The notes: generated by a model not told the origin, from the letters alone. DNA of 64,000 nucleotides from Eledone cirrhosa (GCA_964016885.1 OZ024742.1:56358001-56422000); one strand, 5' to 3'; shown: positions 1 through 14,088, counted from the first letter of the stretch. Made by a program: numbers and translations.

Positions 1-3000
1 CTCGGACACGGAAGGTCGTTTGTTGGTGCTAGACGTTGGCAGTAGTGGAGGTGCGGCCTTGAGACTGGTCGCCGTCTACTCCCCTTTCGGAGCTGAACGA
101 CCCGACTTCTTCCAGCGTCTGGAGACTTTTCTGGGAACGTCGCGTTCCCTGCTTCTAGCGGGGGACTGGAATGACATCCTAGATGCACGTTGGGACTATG
201 CAGGAGCATGTCCTAATAGACGGGGGTGTAATAGCCTCAAGGGGTTACTCGACCGTTTTAACTTGGTCGATAGATATCGACTAGATTTTCCAACTGTGCC
301 AACCTGGACTTGGACGAACCACAGTGGTCAATCTAGATTGTACTTAGATAGATTCTTAGTTAGAAGTAAGGATAGGGACATATTAAGCTGTCCAGAAATG
401 CTCACGGTTGGCTATACAGATCACAAATTAGTGACCTGCGTAGTCAACCTCGAGAGAACACATAGACAGGGTCCCGGTTACTGGAAACTTAATTTGTCTT
501 TACCGGCAAAAGAGGCTTACAGAGACCGGATTAGCAGATTAGTTAAGGAGAGGTTGACGGGTGCAATCGTCAACAACCGATGGTGGGCATCTCTCAAAAG
601 AGAGATTAGAACAGAATCAATAAGTTATAGCAAGATGTTAGCTGCCGATAGGAATAGGAACGAGAAAGAATTAACAGGTAAATTAGAAGAGGCAATCAAG
701 AGCGAAGGTGTGGCCAGAGTGCTGGCATCGAGGACGGCCTTGAGCCAGTTTTTCGATGCAAAGCACGAAGGCTGCGTCATTCGAAGTAAAATACGTGCTC
801 TAGGTAATGAGGGGGACAAAGCCGTTGGCTGGGCCCGCGTGACAGAATCTAAGAGTGGAAATCTATCCACCATCCGGTCTTTGCAAGACGAGGATGGACG
901 GGTGATCCGGGAGCCTAAGCAGATGTGCGAGGCCTTTCAAAGGCACTTTGCCCGATTGTTCGGAGGAGGCGAGGGTCCGGGCGAGGACGTGGATTTCGGT
1001 CCATACCTCGACGGCCTGCCGCGTCTCTCGAGCGAAGAGGCAGAGTCCTGCGAGGGACCAATCTCGGCTGATGAGATCGGGGATGCGCTGAGCCAATGCA
1101 GCAGACGCAAATCTCCAGGTCTCGATAGTATAACTTACGAACTTTATTTAGCAATGCCGGTCTTCTACTCCGAACTCCTCGAAGCAGTCTACTGCAATTG
1201 GCAGCAGAACGGGAGAATTCCTTGTTCTGTAGCCAAGGGCGTAGTCTCGCTGGGGAGGAAGGATGAGAACAAGGGGGATAGTATAAATCATTTTCGGCCC
1301 ATAACTCTGCTAAACACAGAGTTAAAGATTTTGGACAAGGTGTTAGCAAAGAGGTTGGCGCTTGTCGTGGGTGGCCTGGTGGGAGATGCGCAGACATGTG
1401 CTATCCCATCCAGGTCCATTCACGACAACCTCCACCTCATGCGATACATCATAGAGAGGGTTGGCAACAAACCCGGCTTCGGTGGGGCCCTGATCAACTT
1501 GGATCAGTCTAAGGCGTTCGATAGGGTCGACCATGGTTACCTGGATGCGGTGCTAGCGGCGGCTGGGTTCGGTCCTGTTTTCTGAGGCTGGATCACTGCC
1601 TTACATAGCAACCACATCTGTTCTAGGATCAAGGTGAACGGCTACCTTTCGAAGCCGTTCGAAATCACACAATCCATTCGACAGGGGTGCCCTCTCTCCT
1701 CCCTTCTGTACGTATTGACTCTCGAGCCTTTACTGAGGAAGTTGGAGTTGTTGCAGAGTATCCCCCTGGAACCAGGATTGAGCAAAGCGGTGTCGGCCTA
1801 CGCCGATGACGTAACAGTAATGGAATCGACCGACTCGGAGATCGAGGCGATCGGTACCTTACTGGAGGAATACGAAAGGTTGTCAGGAGCGAAACTGAAC
1901 CGGGAAAAATCAATCGAGCTGCAACTCGGAACGTGGAGAGGCAGACCAATGCCTCCCGACGGTGTCGTCGGACACTGGACGGAGGGCCCGGTGAAGTTGC
2001 TTGGGGTCTGGTTTGGACCGGACCTCCAGGTGGAAAAGAACTGGGGCGAGGTTACGAAAAAGGTGTTTGCACTGACCCAGAAATGAGCCAAGTGTAAGCT
2101 GTCCCTGAAAGGTCGGGCGGAGGTGGCGAACATTTACATAGCGTCCGTCACCTACTACCGCCTGACTGTCGTGCCTTGCCCTAAGGAAACACTCACCACC
2201 ATGGAACGCATGCTCTTTCAATTTCTTTGGAAGAAGCGCCCTCCTATGGTGAGAAGATCCATCTGCTGCCAACAACCTTCGAAAGCAGGGCTGAGGATGC
2301 CGTGGTTGATGATGCGTAGGTACGCATTAAGGCTACGGCACCTACAGGTATTCCTCACTGGTCAACCGGTGTGGGCTCCATTCGTGAGACGAGCCTTTCC
2401 GAGACTCGTCTCGCTCACCGAACTGCAGTCCTGGGTCAAGCAAAGATCCGGAAAACTGGGCGACTGGCACACTGAGTGTGCCCACGCGCTCAGGGCTCTC
2501 TGGCAAGCGGACCCGGCCATCGGTGGTGAATCCACCTCGTCATTCTATAGAGGGCTGGTGGCTAGCAGGGGCGATGACACCCTTGGAGAGTCGCTGGACA
2601 TGGAAGAGGATGAACTGGCCAGCCTGTTCGGTAGGACTTTCGGCCCGGGACCAATGGACAACTTCCAGAAGTCACTGGCCTGGCAGTGCTAACGAGGGGC
2701 TCTACCCGTTCGAGAAAAGCTCTACAGACACGGGGGCCCGGGCAGGGATCCCTCGAAAAAGATTTGCCCTAGATGCGTGTGTCACGAAGAAACCGTTGCG
2801 CACGCATTGGTGCACTGTCCGGGCGTGGCTGATCTGTGGGGCTACGCCGAACGACTGCTGTTGCGGGTGGCGCCGATTCGATTGACCGCCGAGTCCGTGA
2901 TGACAATCAAGCCGCCTCCCCTCTTCACAAAGGAAGCAAAGGTGTTTTTTCTGTGCGTAATAGCCATGTTGAAAGAGGTTGTTTGGTGGACACGATTGAA

Positions 3001-3394
3001 AGGTCTGAGGTCAGGCAACTTCCTCTATGGCCATAGTCTGGTCTACTTCTTCCGATATCACTTCGGAAGAAGGATAAGAATGGAGAGAGAGGTGCTTGGC
3101 CACAGGCAGTTTTTTGAAAGGTGGGTGATAGTGGCGAGAATAGCTCGTGTAAATGGGCATTCTCTGTATACCATCCTGTAGGAAAAGAAGTGAAGGAGAG
3201 GGGAGAACCTTCTCCATGTGCTCCCCGGGCAAAGGATTGCACACTTTTTCGGGGGTGTGTGCAACCCCCATCACGTCCCCTCCCTTTTGAGGTTGTTTTT
3301 GATTATTTTCATTTTATACCCTTTTTACTCGGTTTTATGTAAACTCCCCCTTTGTATTTGTCCCTCTTTTTATACCTTTATGGTAAATAAAGAA
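1..3394 (+). mobile_element. L1/Tx1-like non-LTR retrotransposon copy 1 (ORF2 APE-RT-Cys motif, 3' UTR); runs off the window at the 5' end
   Basis: ORFs 20-1585, 1634-2086, 2123-2692 and 2777-3181 share one frame, split by three point stops (TGA 1583, TGA 2084, TAA 2690). Motifs GDWN, YLDR, TDH (APE); KSPGLD, RPITLLN, KAFDRV, QGCPLS, AYADD (RT); CPRC..HALVHC. AATAAA is followed by (TATC)n. Confidence 0.95.
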
Positions 3395-3427
3395 ATATAT
3401 CTATCTATCTATCTATCTATCTATCTA

Positions 3428-5326
3428 AGGCTTTTGATAGGGTTGACCATCGTTATCTGGATGCTGTGCTCGAGGCGGCAGGCTTCGGACCCCTGTTCAG
3501 GGGCTGGATTGCTGCAATGCACAACAGCAACATCTGCTCAAGGGTCAAGGTGAACGGCTACCTCTCGGAGCCGTTCCATATTACGCGATCCATTCGACAG
3601 GGATGCCCTCTCTCCTCCCTTCTGTACGTACTGACTCTCGAGCCACTGCTGCGGAAGCTGGAGCTATTGCAGGGCATCCCTCTGGAACCGGGACTGCGGA
3701 AAGCGACGTCGGCCTACGCCGACGACGTGACAGTAGTGGTGTCGAGCGCCTCGCAACTCGAGGAGGTCGGCACCTTACTGAAGGAATACGAAAGTTTCAC
3801 AGGAGCGAAGCTGAACCGGGACAAGTCAATCGGTTTGCAACTCGGATCGTGGAGAAGCAAATCGATGCCTTCTGATGGCGTCGTCGGACGCTGGACGGAA
3901 GGACCGGTAAAGCTGCTCGGGGTCTGGTTTGGTCCGGACCTCCAGGTGGAGAAGAACAGGAACGAAGTGACGGCCAAGGTGTTTGCACTCACCCAGAAGT
4001 GGGCCGAGTGCAAACTATCCTTGAAAGGTCGAGCGGAGGTGGCGAACACTTTCATAGCGTCCGCCATCTACTACCGCTTGAGCGTCGTGCCTTGTCCAGC
4101 CAAAACGCTCGCCAAAATGGAGCGCGCGCTCTTCCGATTCCTTTGGAAGAGGCGGGCTCCTTTGGTGAGAAGATCCATCTGCTGCCAACGCCCTTCTAAC
4201 GGAGGGCTGGGGATGCCGTGGTTGACGATGCGCAAACTCGCGCTGAGGCTGCGGTATCTCTACGTATTCCTCACCGCACGACCGGTGTGGGCCCCGTTCG
4301 TGAGGCGAGCCTTCCCACGACTCGTCTTGCTGACCGAGCTGCAGTCCTGGGTCAAGCAAAGACCGAGGAAAATGGGCGACTGGCACATTGAATGTGCTCA
4401 GGCGCTCACAGCCCTCTGGCAGGCGGACCCGGCGATCAGTGGAGACTCCACTTCGTCATTCTATAGAGGGTTGATCCGCAGCAAGTGCGACGACGCGCTC
4501 GGTGAAACTCTAGGCGTAGAGGAAGATGAACTGGCCAGTCTGTTCGGTAGGACCTTCCGCCAGGGACCGATGGACAACTTCCAAAAGTCCCTGGCCTGGC
4601 AGTCCTACCGAGGAGCTCTACTAGTTCGAGACAAGCTCTACAGACATGGGCGCCCGGGCAGGGACCCTGCAAAAAAGATCTGTCCGAGGTGCGTGCGAGA
4701 CGAAGAAACCGTCGCGCACGCATTCATACACTGCCCGGGCCTCACTGACCTGTGGGGCTATGTAGAACGACTATTGTCGCGGGTGGGACCAATCCAGTTG
4801 ACCACCGAGTCCATTGTCATGATCAAACCGCCACCCTCCTTCAAAAACGAAGGAGAGGCGGTTTTCTTTTGTGTGATAGCTATGGCGAAAGAGGTTGTAT
4901 GGTGGACAAGGTTGAAAGGGCTGAGGTCAGACACCTTTCTCTCCGGCCTACAACTGATCCTTTTTTTCAAATACCACTTTGGAAGAAGAATCAGGATGGA
5001 GAGAGAGGTGCTGTACCCCAGCAAGTTTTATGAAAGGTGGGTGAAAGTGGCAAGAATGGCCCGAGTGAATGGGCCTTCTCTCTATATCAGCCTGTAGGTT
5101 GAGGAAAAGGAGGAGGAGAGGAAAGGAGTACAAACTCTTCGTACTCCTGGAGATGAGGGTTGCATATTTTTTTCGGGGGTATGTGTTACCCATATAAACT
5201 GTCTCCCTCTATTGGGGAAAATCGACTAACTTTTTAAATTCCATTTGTGATAACATTTTACACGTTTTTATTGTATGTAAATTTCCCCCTTTGTATTTGT
5301 CCCCTTCTTTTGTGCCCCTGTGAAAT
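3428..5326 (+). mobile_element. Tx1-like LINE copy 2, 5'-truncated within RT
   Basis: Starts at KAFDRVDH directly after the (TATC)n tail of copy 1; open to 5097 (QGCPLS, AYADD, CPRC); similar 3' UTR ending in degenerate TATC repeats. Confidence 0.95.
3466..5097 (+). CDS. C-terminal half of LINE ORF2 (RT palm/thumb + Cys/His motif), uninterrupted but N-terminally truncated
   Basis: 543-aa ORF with QGCPLS, YADD, CPRC/HAFIHC. Confidence 0.85.
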   Translation: MLEAAGFGPLFRGWIAAMHNSNICSRVKVNGYLSEPFHITRSIRQGCPLSSLLYVLTLEPLLRKLELLQGIPLEPGLRKATSAYADDVTVVVSSASQLEEVGTLLKEYESFTGAKLNRDKSIGLQLGSWRSKSMPSDGVVGRWTEGPVKLLGVWFGPDLQVEKNRNEVTAKVFALTQKWAECKLSLKGRAEVANTFIASAIYYRLSVVPCPAKTLAKMERALFRFLWKRRAPLVRRSICCQRPSNGGLGMPWLTMRKLALRLRYLYVFLTARPVWAPFVRRAFPRLVLLTELQSWVKQRPRKMGDWHIECAQALTALWQADPAISGDSTSSFYRGLIRSKCDDALGETLGVEEDELASLFGRTFRQGPMDNFQKSLAWQSYRGALLVRDKLYRHGRPGRDPAKKICPRCVRDEETVAHAFIHCPGLTDLWGYVERLLSRVGPIQLTTESIVMIKPPPSFKNEGEAVFFCVIAMAKEVVWWTRLKGLRSDTFLSGLQLILFFKYHFGRRIRMEREVLYPSKFYERWVKVARMARVNGPSLYISL

Positions 5327-5344
5327 ATATCTATCTCTTTATCT

Positions 5345-8114
5345 GCCTGACGCGTGAAACATAGCCGGTAAGCTTTTTTGTTAATTTCTATGCAAAAAAC
5401 CGAAATAATTGTTTGAAAAAACATATCTTTTTGTAGATTAACCCCCAAGATGAATTGTCAGCTGGGTCGTAAACCCATTTTTCGCCCCTTTAGGGGCGAC
5501 GATTTAATTTAAAAATTGTTTTTAAATATCAAAATTTTGCCATCTATAAAACATGAATAGCTCGGAAAGAACGCTCGAGAACGTCGAGAGAGAGAATAGA
5601 GGTAGAGAGGCAGATATTAACGTTATATCTGCTACTGCCACTACGGACGTCGCCATAGATACGACTGTCAACAAATAGTAAAAAATATTACAACTTGAAG
5701 ATTTTAAAATTTCTACCGTAGAAGCGGAGAGAAATAAAAAAACAAACATGAAAACACAGGAATTAAACCTATTAACATACATACACATGAAAAAGACAAC
5801 ACAACAACTCCACAGATACATCTACACATAAAGTTTCACCTGGTCAAGGAACTGAGATTTCCAACACCGAGGCTAACAACGATAACAACAACAACAACAG
5901 CAATACCACACAAAAAAATGTCTTTCGCTGAAACAGAACAAAAAACAAGATTTTATAAATCTTGACATCTCCAATGCAAGAGATATGCTCCAGCAAGGGA
6001 GAAAATTTGTAACTTTCGAAGAAAAGGGTGGGTTTAAAATTAACTCACCCTTTGAAATAAAAGAAGACAGCTCGAAGATCAGTTATCTTTAGGACTGTGT
6101 CCAATACCACGAGAAAGCCAATATTTGTTAGCCAAGGAGATATAGAAAATACCTTGAAAAAAATTCTAGCAAATATCGAATTTCTCCAACGAGGAAAACA
6201 GTACGGAAGTGTTTCCGTACTGTTTAAAAGCGAGGCACTCGCTCAATAACATTCTGTGACACCAATAGTGTCAAAAGCATTTACCTTTTTCCCTACATAC
6301 ATGGGAAAAAGTACACAAAAAATAAAAATAAAAAATGATTGCCTATTCAGATCACAAATTAGTCGTCTGCTTAGTCAACCGTGATAGAATAATAGAATAC
6401 ATAGACAAGGACCCGGATACTGGAAGCTGAACGTGTCGTTGCCGGCACGTAAAGCTTACAGTGAACGGATAAGTAGACTAGTCAAGCAACAGTTAACGGG
6501 AGCCATCGTCAGCAATAAATTGTGGTACTCTCTCAAGAAAACAATTAGAATAGAATCGATAGGGTTTAGCAGAGATTTAGCCTTAGAGAAAAACAAAATA
6601 GAAAGAGAACTATTAGCCAAGGTAGAGGAGGCACTTAGAAGTGGCAATGCGGCTAGAGTCTTAGCGTCGAGAAAGGCACTGGGCCAGTTCCTTGATGTGA
6701 AACACGAAGGATGCGTGGTCAGAAGCAAAACACGTGCTCTAGGAAACGAAGGAGCGAAAGCTGTCAGCTGGGCCCGAGTGGCGGAGAGGAAAAGTGGCAA
6801 CAGTTCCACAATTCGGTCTTTGAAAGACCAAAACGAACGCCAAGCAAATGTGCGCGGCCTTTCAGCAGCCCTTTGCGCGACTGTTTGAGCAGAACGACGG
6901 TGAGCCGAACGGGGCAATGGACTTTAATTCATACCTCAACGGCCTGCCGCGTCTCTCGAACACGGACGCCGAGTTCTGCAAAAGACCGATCGCGGACACT
7001 GAGATACGGGACGCTCTGGGCCGCAGCGGGAAACACAAGTTCCCCGGTCTAGATCGTCTACGGCATCTTCAGGTATTCCTCACCGACCAACCGGTGTGGG
7101 CACCGTTTGTGAGACAAGCCTTCCCACAACCTGTCTCGCTGACGGAGCTGCAGTCCTGGGTCAAGCGAAGACCGAAGAAGATGGGCGCCTGGCACATTGA
7201 ATGCGCCCAGGCGCTCACAGTCCTCTGTCAAGCGGGCACAGCAATCAGTGGAGACTCCACTTCGACATTCTATAGAGGGTTAGTACTTTACAAGTGCGAC
7301 GACGTGCTCGGGGAGATTCTAGGCGTCGAAGACGACGAGCTCACCAGTCTGTACGGTAGGACTTTCCACCCGGGACCTATGGACAACTTCCAGAGGTCGC
7401 TGGCCTGGCAGTGCTACCGAGGAGCTCTACCCGTTCGTGATAAGATCTACAGGCACGTGTCCAAGATGCGAGCAGGACATTGAAATCGCTTTGCACGCAC
7501 TTTTACACTGCCTGGGCGTACGCGACCTGTGGAACTATGCAGAACAACTGCTGTCGCGTATGGGACAAATCCAGTTGACTGCCGAGTCCATAGTAAGGAT
7601 CAAACCGCCAGCCTCTTTCAAAAACGAAAGAGAGGCGGTTTTCCTCTGTACAGTGGTTATGGTGAAAGAGGTTATATGGTGGACGAGATTGAGAGGACTG
7701 AAGACAGATGATTTTCTCTCCGGACAACAATTGATTCCCTTCTTTAAGTATCACTTTAGAAGAAGAATCAGAGTGGAGAGAGAGGCACTGCACCCCAGTA
7801 AATTTACTGAAGGTGGGTGAATGAAGCAAAAATGGCCCGAGTGATTGGGCCTTGTCTGTTTATAAGCCTGTAGGTTAAAGAAGAGAGCAAAAAGGAAGAG
7901 GGTGCACTTACATAACACGCTCCTGCAGTTCAGGGTTGTTCTATCGACGGGGTATTAAACAACCCATTTGTAGCCTCTCCCCCCTATTGGGGATTCCGAT
8001 TGTTATAATTGTTTGTTTTATATTCTTTTTTTTTACACGACTGTATGTAAAATCCCCGGCATGTGTCTTTGTATTGTCCCCTTTTCTTGTGCGCCCTTGT
8101 GGCAAATAAAGAAA
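5345..8114 (+). mobile_element. Tx1-like LINE copy 3, decayed: probable ORF1 remnant (~5550-6340) and ORF2 with the RT core deleted
   Basis: SDH and GPGYWKLN near 6345-6432; FPGLD fused directly to RLRHLQVF near 7053; C-terminal CPRC region to ~7873; AATAAA then TATC/TGTC repeats. The ORF1 assignment is positional. Confidence 0.88.
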
Positions 8115-8487
8115 TATATCTATCTGTCTATATAACAGTCTGTCTGTTATTATCTGCTTGTTTGTCTGCTTACCTCCCTATTTATCTGTCTGTCTATAAT
8201 AGCGCATACAATTGGTACAAATGGTGAAAACAGATATAAGAGAGCGGAATAAAATAGAAAAAAAATAATAACGATTTTATAGTATTATTACAAGACCAAT
8301 GAAATTGTTTGGCTGAATACACAGAAAAATAGAGATATACTTTGGAAGGTGATTAACATTATATGATTTTTTTCATCAATAACAATATTATATCGATGTT
8401 TTCTTTTACTATATTAGCGATATTTGAAAAACAGTTGCTAAACATAATGTTGTCTAAATATACTTCAAGTTATTCAGTGTGTTATTC

Positions 8488-8519
<32 letters not shown>

Positions 8520-8534
8520 ATATATGCATACATG

Positions 8535-8597
<63 letters not shown>

Positions 8598-8808
8598 TAT
8601 GTATATATATATATCTATGATATAATATATATACATATATATCATATATATATATAATATAACATATATATATACTGTATATATAGAGATAGAGAGAGAG
8701 AGTGAGGGAGAGTGAGAGAGAAAAAAAGAGAGAGACATACATACACACACATATATATATATATATAAATATATATTTTTCTCAGACATGACATCCATAA
8801 TTTTGTTA

Positions 8809-8852
<44 letters not shown>

Positions 8853-10074
8853 CATTCATACACAGAAGTAGTTGTTTAAAGTAGCATTGTACTTAATAGG
8901 TATAGATATTATCAATACATGGAAGCAGAATGTAAAATTTATTCTGGAATCCATGTATAGATAGCCACACCTTGTTCTCTCACTCTCTCTCTCTATCTCT
9001 CTCCCCTCTCTCTCTCTCCTCTCTCTCTGTATCTATCTATCTATCTATATGTATGTATATACATTCACTGTGTATATGTGTATGTTTAGCATCTATGTGT
9101 TTTTATGTCTTTTGCGTGTTTATGCGTTTATGTGTGCGTATGTGCGTGCGTGGTTATGCGGGCGCGCACACACATATAAACCTTATGCCAGAATATGTGT
9201 TAACTGGTGATGTCTAGATATCTGCCAAGATATGCAATTTTGATATCATAATTGCCAACAATTGCTGCTGTTATTCTAAGTTAGATCATTGTTCATAGTT
9301 GTGTTGTTTCTCATGGAAATTCCCCTATACAATTGTCAGTAATGATAACATTTTGAACATCCCAATTATTTTGAATCTGATTTTATGCAGAACATACACC
9401 AATTACACGGAATAGAACCCATCAGATTCATTTGATTCGTTTCACTATTATTCTATGTTATGGGATACGATACACTTTCGTTCAAATTACATTGTTGTCT
9501 CAGGAGGAAAATCTGGGAATAACTCGAGAAAACAAATATACAATAATAACTATGAAAAAAAAAAAAAGATAAACATGTTCATTTTATTGTTACTAAACAT
9601 AATAATCTTTTAGAACGTTACTTGACATTTCAGCTGAAACTTAATTCACAACAGAACGTATGATAAGATGAATAAGGAGGAGAAAATAATGTATTTTTGA
9701 AGCAATTTTTAAACACCGATTTTATCTCACCATTGCTAGAGAAATTCATTACAGCTTTTTAACATTCTCTCCAAAGCAATTTGCATAGATCATTAGAGAA
9801 ATAAGAATACTGTGGAAAACATCAAACTAAGAATATGTAAATATAATCGGTAACAATAATATAATTCACTCCCCCACCCCACCCCACCCATTAACACAAA
9901 AACAAAAAACGAAAAAGCACTTCGGCATCGTAATGTAGGTAGTAAAAGAAAATGACACATCTACTAGATACTAGATCTAGTTCAATTGTTATTTCAAAGA
10001 ACCTTCGACTCTCTATCGCGCATATATTCTCTCTCTCACACACTCACTCACTCACACAAATATGCATGCACATA

Positions 10075-10154
<80 letters not shown>

Positions 10155-10339
10155 TGAGTTTCTTTGTATATCTGTATATGCATCTGTATCAACAAATTAT
10201 ATATATGCAAGTGAATGTGTGTATGTATTATATATGTATATGTTTGTATAGATAAAAATAATAACAATAATAATTGTCATATTATTATTATTATTATCAT
10301 TATTATTATTATTGCGATCGTTATAGCAATAATAATGGT

Positions 10340-11733
10340 TTCATTTATTGGCCACAAGGACCGATATATAGGGGACAATGCAATAGACTGGGACAGTGGG
10401 GGTTTTACATAAAAATCGAGTAAAAAATAGGAAAACAATAACAAAAAAACAAGAAAAATACAACAATGAAAATTCCCCAATATGGGAAGATAACTGCCCA
10501 GGGTTGATTCAGGTACCCTACCCATCCTGAACAACCCGACGCTTCGAGGGCACTCGGGAAGGGCACTTCTCTCTTCCCCAAATTCACCAGCCTACCGCGC
10601 ATGATCACAGTAGGCTCACTCACAAGGGATATTCTCGCCACATTCATCCACCTTTCAGTAAATATACTAGGGGGCAGCACTTCTCTCTCCACTCTCACTT
10701 TCCTTGCCAAGTGAAATTTGAAAAGGTTGAAGAGGGATTGGCCGAAGAGAAAAGGGTCTGTCTTCAATCTCTCACCCTGGTCCACCATACAACCTCTTTC
10801 GCTACTACAACCAGACAGAGGAAAATTGCCTGCCCTTCCTGGCCAAAAGAAGGCGGCGGGTCGATCTTCACTATGGACTCGACCGATAGCTGGATCCGTT
10901 CTACACGCGACAAGAGCTGTTCGACATAAATCCATAAGTCAGTAATGAAGGGACATTGGATGAGTGCGTGCAGAACGGTTTCGTCGTTCGGCGCGCATCT
11001 CGGGCAGGTCCGTCTGACAACACTTCCATGCCTGTATAGTTTATCTTGAACCGGCAGTGCCGCCCGGTAGCACTGCCATGTGAGGGATTTTTGGAAGTTA
11101 TTCATGGTCCCCGGCTTTAAAGTCCTCCGGAACAGACTGGTTAGTTCGAGTTCGTCGACGCCTAGAGCCTCTCCGAATGCGTCGTCGCACTTGCCCACCA
11201 TTAATCCTATATAGAACTCGAGAGTGGAAGCTCCACTGACAGCATTGCCCGCCTGGTAGAGGGCAGACAGTGCCCGGCATCATTCCAGATGCCGGTCACC
11301 CAGTCTCGGTCTCTTCTTGACCCAGGACTGCAGCTCAGTCAAAGGGACGAGCTGCGGGAAAGCCTGTATGACAAACGGCGACCACACCTGTTTACCGTTT
11401 AGGCAGAATATCTAGAAATGCCGCAACCTTAGTGCATGTCTGTGCATCATTAGTCATGGCATGCCCAGCCCTCCACGTAGAGCATATGAACCGCCTCACC
11501 AACGGAACCTGTCCCCTCCACAAGAATTTGAAGAGTAGCTGTTCCAACTTGGCGAGGCACGAACGGGGGCAAGGGACGACAATCTGGTGGTAGTAGATGA
11601 CGGACGCGATGTACGCGTTCGCCACTTTAGCCCGACCTTTCAGTGATAGCTTCCTCGCAGCGCATTTCTGGGTGAGACTGGCTACCCTGCTCGTCACCTC
11701 GTCTCAATTCTTAATCACCTGGAGGTCTGGTCC
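10340..11733 (-). mobile_element. Tx1-like LINE copy 4, 5'-truncated and frameshifted, ending in (TTA)n-type repeat
   Basis: Minus-strand ORFs 11392-11697, 10764-11201 and 10405-10935 match the ORF2 C-terminus (LSLKGRAKVAN, NFQKSLTWQCYR, CPRC). Confidence 0.92.
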
Positions 11734-12169
11734 TGTTAAAGCTGTTGTCGATGTTTTTAACGTTAGTGTTCTCACTGTTGCTGCTGTTGCTGTTCATGTT
11801 GTTTGTGGTGGTGTTGCTAAATTTGTTGTTGCTATATGTGTTTGTGATATATATTTATGTGTCTGCCATGTCGCTCTTCTCAACGTTTAAGCCGCTATCA
11901 CATGAAAGCAGACTTAAGGTTGGGGGGGGGGCAGCCATGCTTTGTTTTGTTTTCTATTTTTCAGAAAAAATGTTTATAAAAAATTCAAATAATTGGGCCA
12001 AAAGGCCCGAATATTATAGCGTCTCCCCTTCACAGGACAAAAACGGAAGTCTTACGAGCCTTTTGTAAAAATTACAGCAACTAATACAACTGAAAAAATC
12101 TTGAAATTCACTACCTTGTGGAGCTTAGATAAAACACGTCTTCACACTCTGACAACCAATAATAATAAT

Positions 12170-12358
12170 AATTGTTTCTACTTTTGGCACAAGGCCAGCA
12201 ATTACCCAATGCATTACTGGTACTTTATTCTATCGACCCCGGAAGGATGAAAGGCAAAGTTAACTTCGGCGGGATTTGAACTCAGATCATACAGGGAGGT
12301 AACTCTATGCTTCAAAGCATGGCATCCGACCCTCTACCGATACTGCCAATCCACCGCC
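12170..12358 (-). mobile_element. tRNA-derived SINE, family A
   Basis: Reverse complement has A-box TGGCAGTATCGG, B-box GTTCAAATCC, central GCCTTTCATCCTT.GGGGTCGATA..AAAGTACCAG and an (ATT)n tail; matches 26750 and 44835. Confidence 0.9.
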
Positions 12359-12369
12359 AATAATAATAA

Positions 12370-12652
12370 TAATTGTTTCTACTTTTGGCACAAGGCCAGC
12401 AATTACCCAGTACATTACTGGTACTTTATTTTAATAATAATAATAATAATACTCAATAATAATAATAATAATACTCAATAATTAATAATTGTTTCTACTT
12501 TAGGCACAAGGCCAGCAATTAACCAGTGCATTACTGGTACTTTATTTTATCGACCCCGTAAGGATGAAAGGCAAAGTCAACCTCGGCGGGATTTGAACTC
12601 AGATCGTAAAGGGACGTAACTATGCTGGAAAGCATGGTGTCCGACCCTCTAC
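12370..12652 (-). mobile_element. Two further tandem family A SINE copies (3' fragment 12370-12432; near-full 12488-12652) in a (TAA)n tract
   Basis: Repeats of TTGTTTCTACTTT.GGCACAAGGCCAGCAATT separated by (AAT)n. Confidence 0.85.
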
Positions 12653-12859
12653 TAGAAGATATCCCGATGGAAATTCTCTCAGTGTACTCAATATCATATA
12701 CAATATTAAACTATTCTGAACTATAGTATGTTAAAATGTATCGACTAATGTATATAAAATGAGAACTGAAAAGCAGGTAGATATATCAAAATATAGATAC
12801 ACACGCGGACACATATATATACGTAGAATCAAGAGATATATTTCACCTTGCTCTTCGTT

Positions 12860-12980
12860 AGTCAGTTCCAGAATATGTATCTGTGATTCAGAGGGCCAAA
12901 CTTGTTAAATACTGAGAAGGTCCATGTATTCGTGGAATACTCAGCCAATTACATGTTAATTTCACGAGCAAGCCTTTCCA
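12860..12980 (-). repeat. Diverged SINE family B core (also ~29130-29270 +, ~41890-42000 +, ~46230-46300 +)
   Basis: Shared motif GCTCGTGAAATTAACATG..TGGCTGAGTATTCCAC across four loci. Confidence 0.6.
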
Positions 12981-13859
12981 TTTGACAAACAACTTGAAGA
13001 AAGTTTATCAAAACTGACGCTGGGCCAGCATGAAAAAAAGCTGCAGCCGCTCTTGAAAACATATCCAACATTCTGCTATCAAAATGACGGAGATCCTTTT
13101 CTTCTTTTGCTTATACCTGTGAATGTCTTGGAAGAAGAGTCCTCCGTTATTGGGAGTGACTGAGATAAAAAAAAAAATAATAAACTTCAATCGCCCATAG
13201 AAAACCATACACCTAGTTTCGAAATAGATTTTGGTCTCTATAGAGTTTGTTATTGGAATGTTATAGTCATACACATTGTTCATGTCTAACTTATAATTTA
13301 TGTTCTCTCATCTCGTTTTAGTCACCAATTCAGACAGATTTCTCTGAACTTATCCTCAAATCATTGCTAATGTTTTACAGATTTATTGTTGACCCTGTAA
13401 CTATAAAAATGATTTATCTGTCTGATATTTTACTCCAGTTTGTCAGTGGTTTAGAGACGTATATACCAATTTTGCTGAGCGGTATATAGATTTCAGCGCA
13501 ATATGTTTTATGTACAGCACATTAAGAACTCAGTTATATATTAGCCGTGTTTTGTCACATAACTAATCGAGCAGTGATATGGTTTCTATATATTAAACAC
13601 ACTTTCCCCTAGGTGTGGATTATAATAAACAGTGAAGTTACATTCTAATCTCACTTAAAGGTGGGATTAAAGCCGCTTATGTATGTAACAACAAAAATGT
13701 GTATAAGATTTATTCGAATGAAATACACACGTTTCGAAATTTATGAGTATCTGTGAGTTCAATATCAGAATGTATATTTTTTATGTGAGCGTAAGAAAAA
13801 CGGTACTATGTTCGTTCGTTTTTATACTTCACCGCCCCTGCCAACTCAACTCATTTTGT

Positions 13860-13957
13860 GCCTATATATATATATGTGTGTATGTATATATTCATGTATG
13901 TATGAATATATATGTATATATATACAGTATATATATATGTATGCATGTATGTATGTA

Positions 13958-14001
<44 letters not shown>

Positions 14002-14007
14002 AACGTA

Positions 14008-14088
<81 letters not shown>

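Noticed and set aside
625-5033. Antisense and alternative-frame ORFs overlapping LINE ORF2 (also 38322-40634)
   Set aside because: Shadow ORFs of GC-rich coding sequence with no independent motifs.
12160-12660. CRISPR-like repeat array
   Set aside because: Tandem SINE copies in (TAA)n in eukaryotic DNA; no unique spacers or cas genes.
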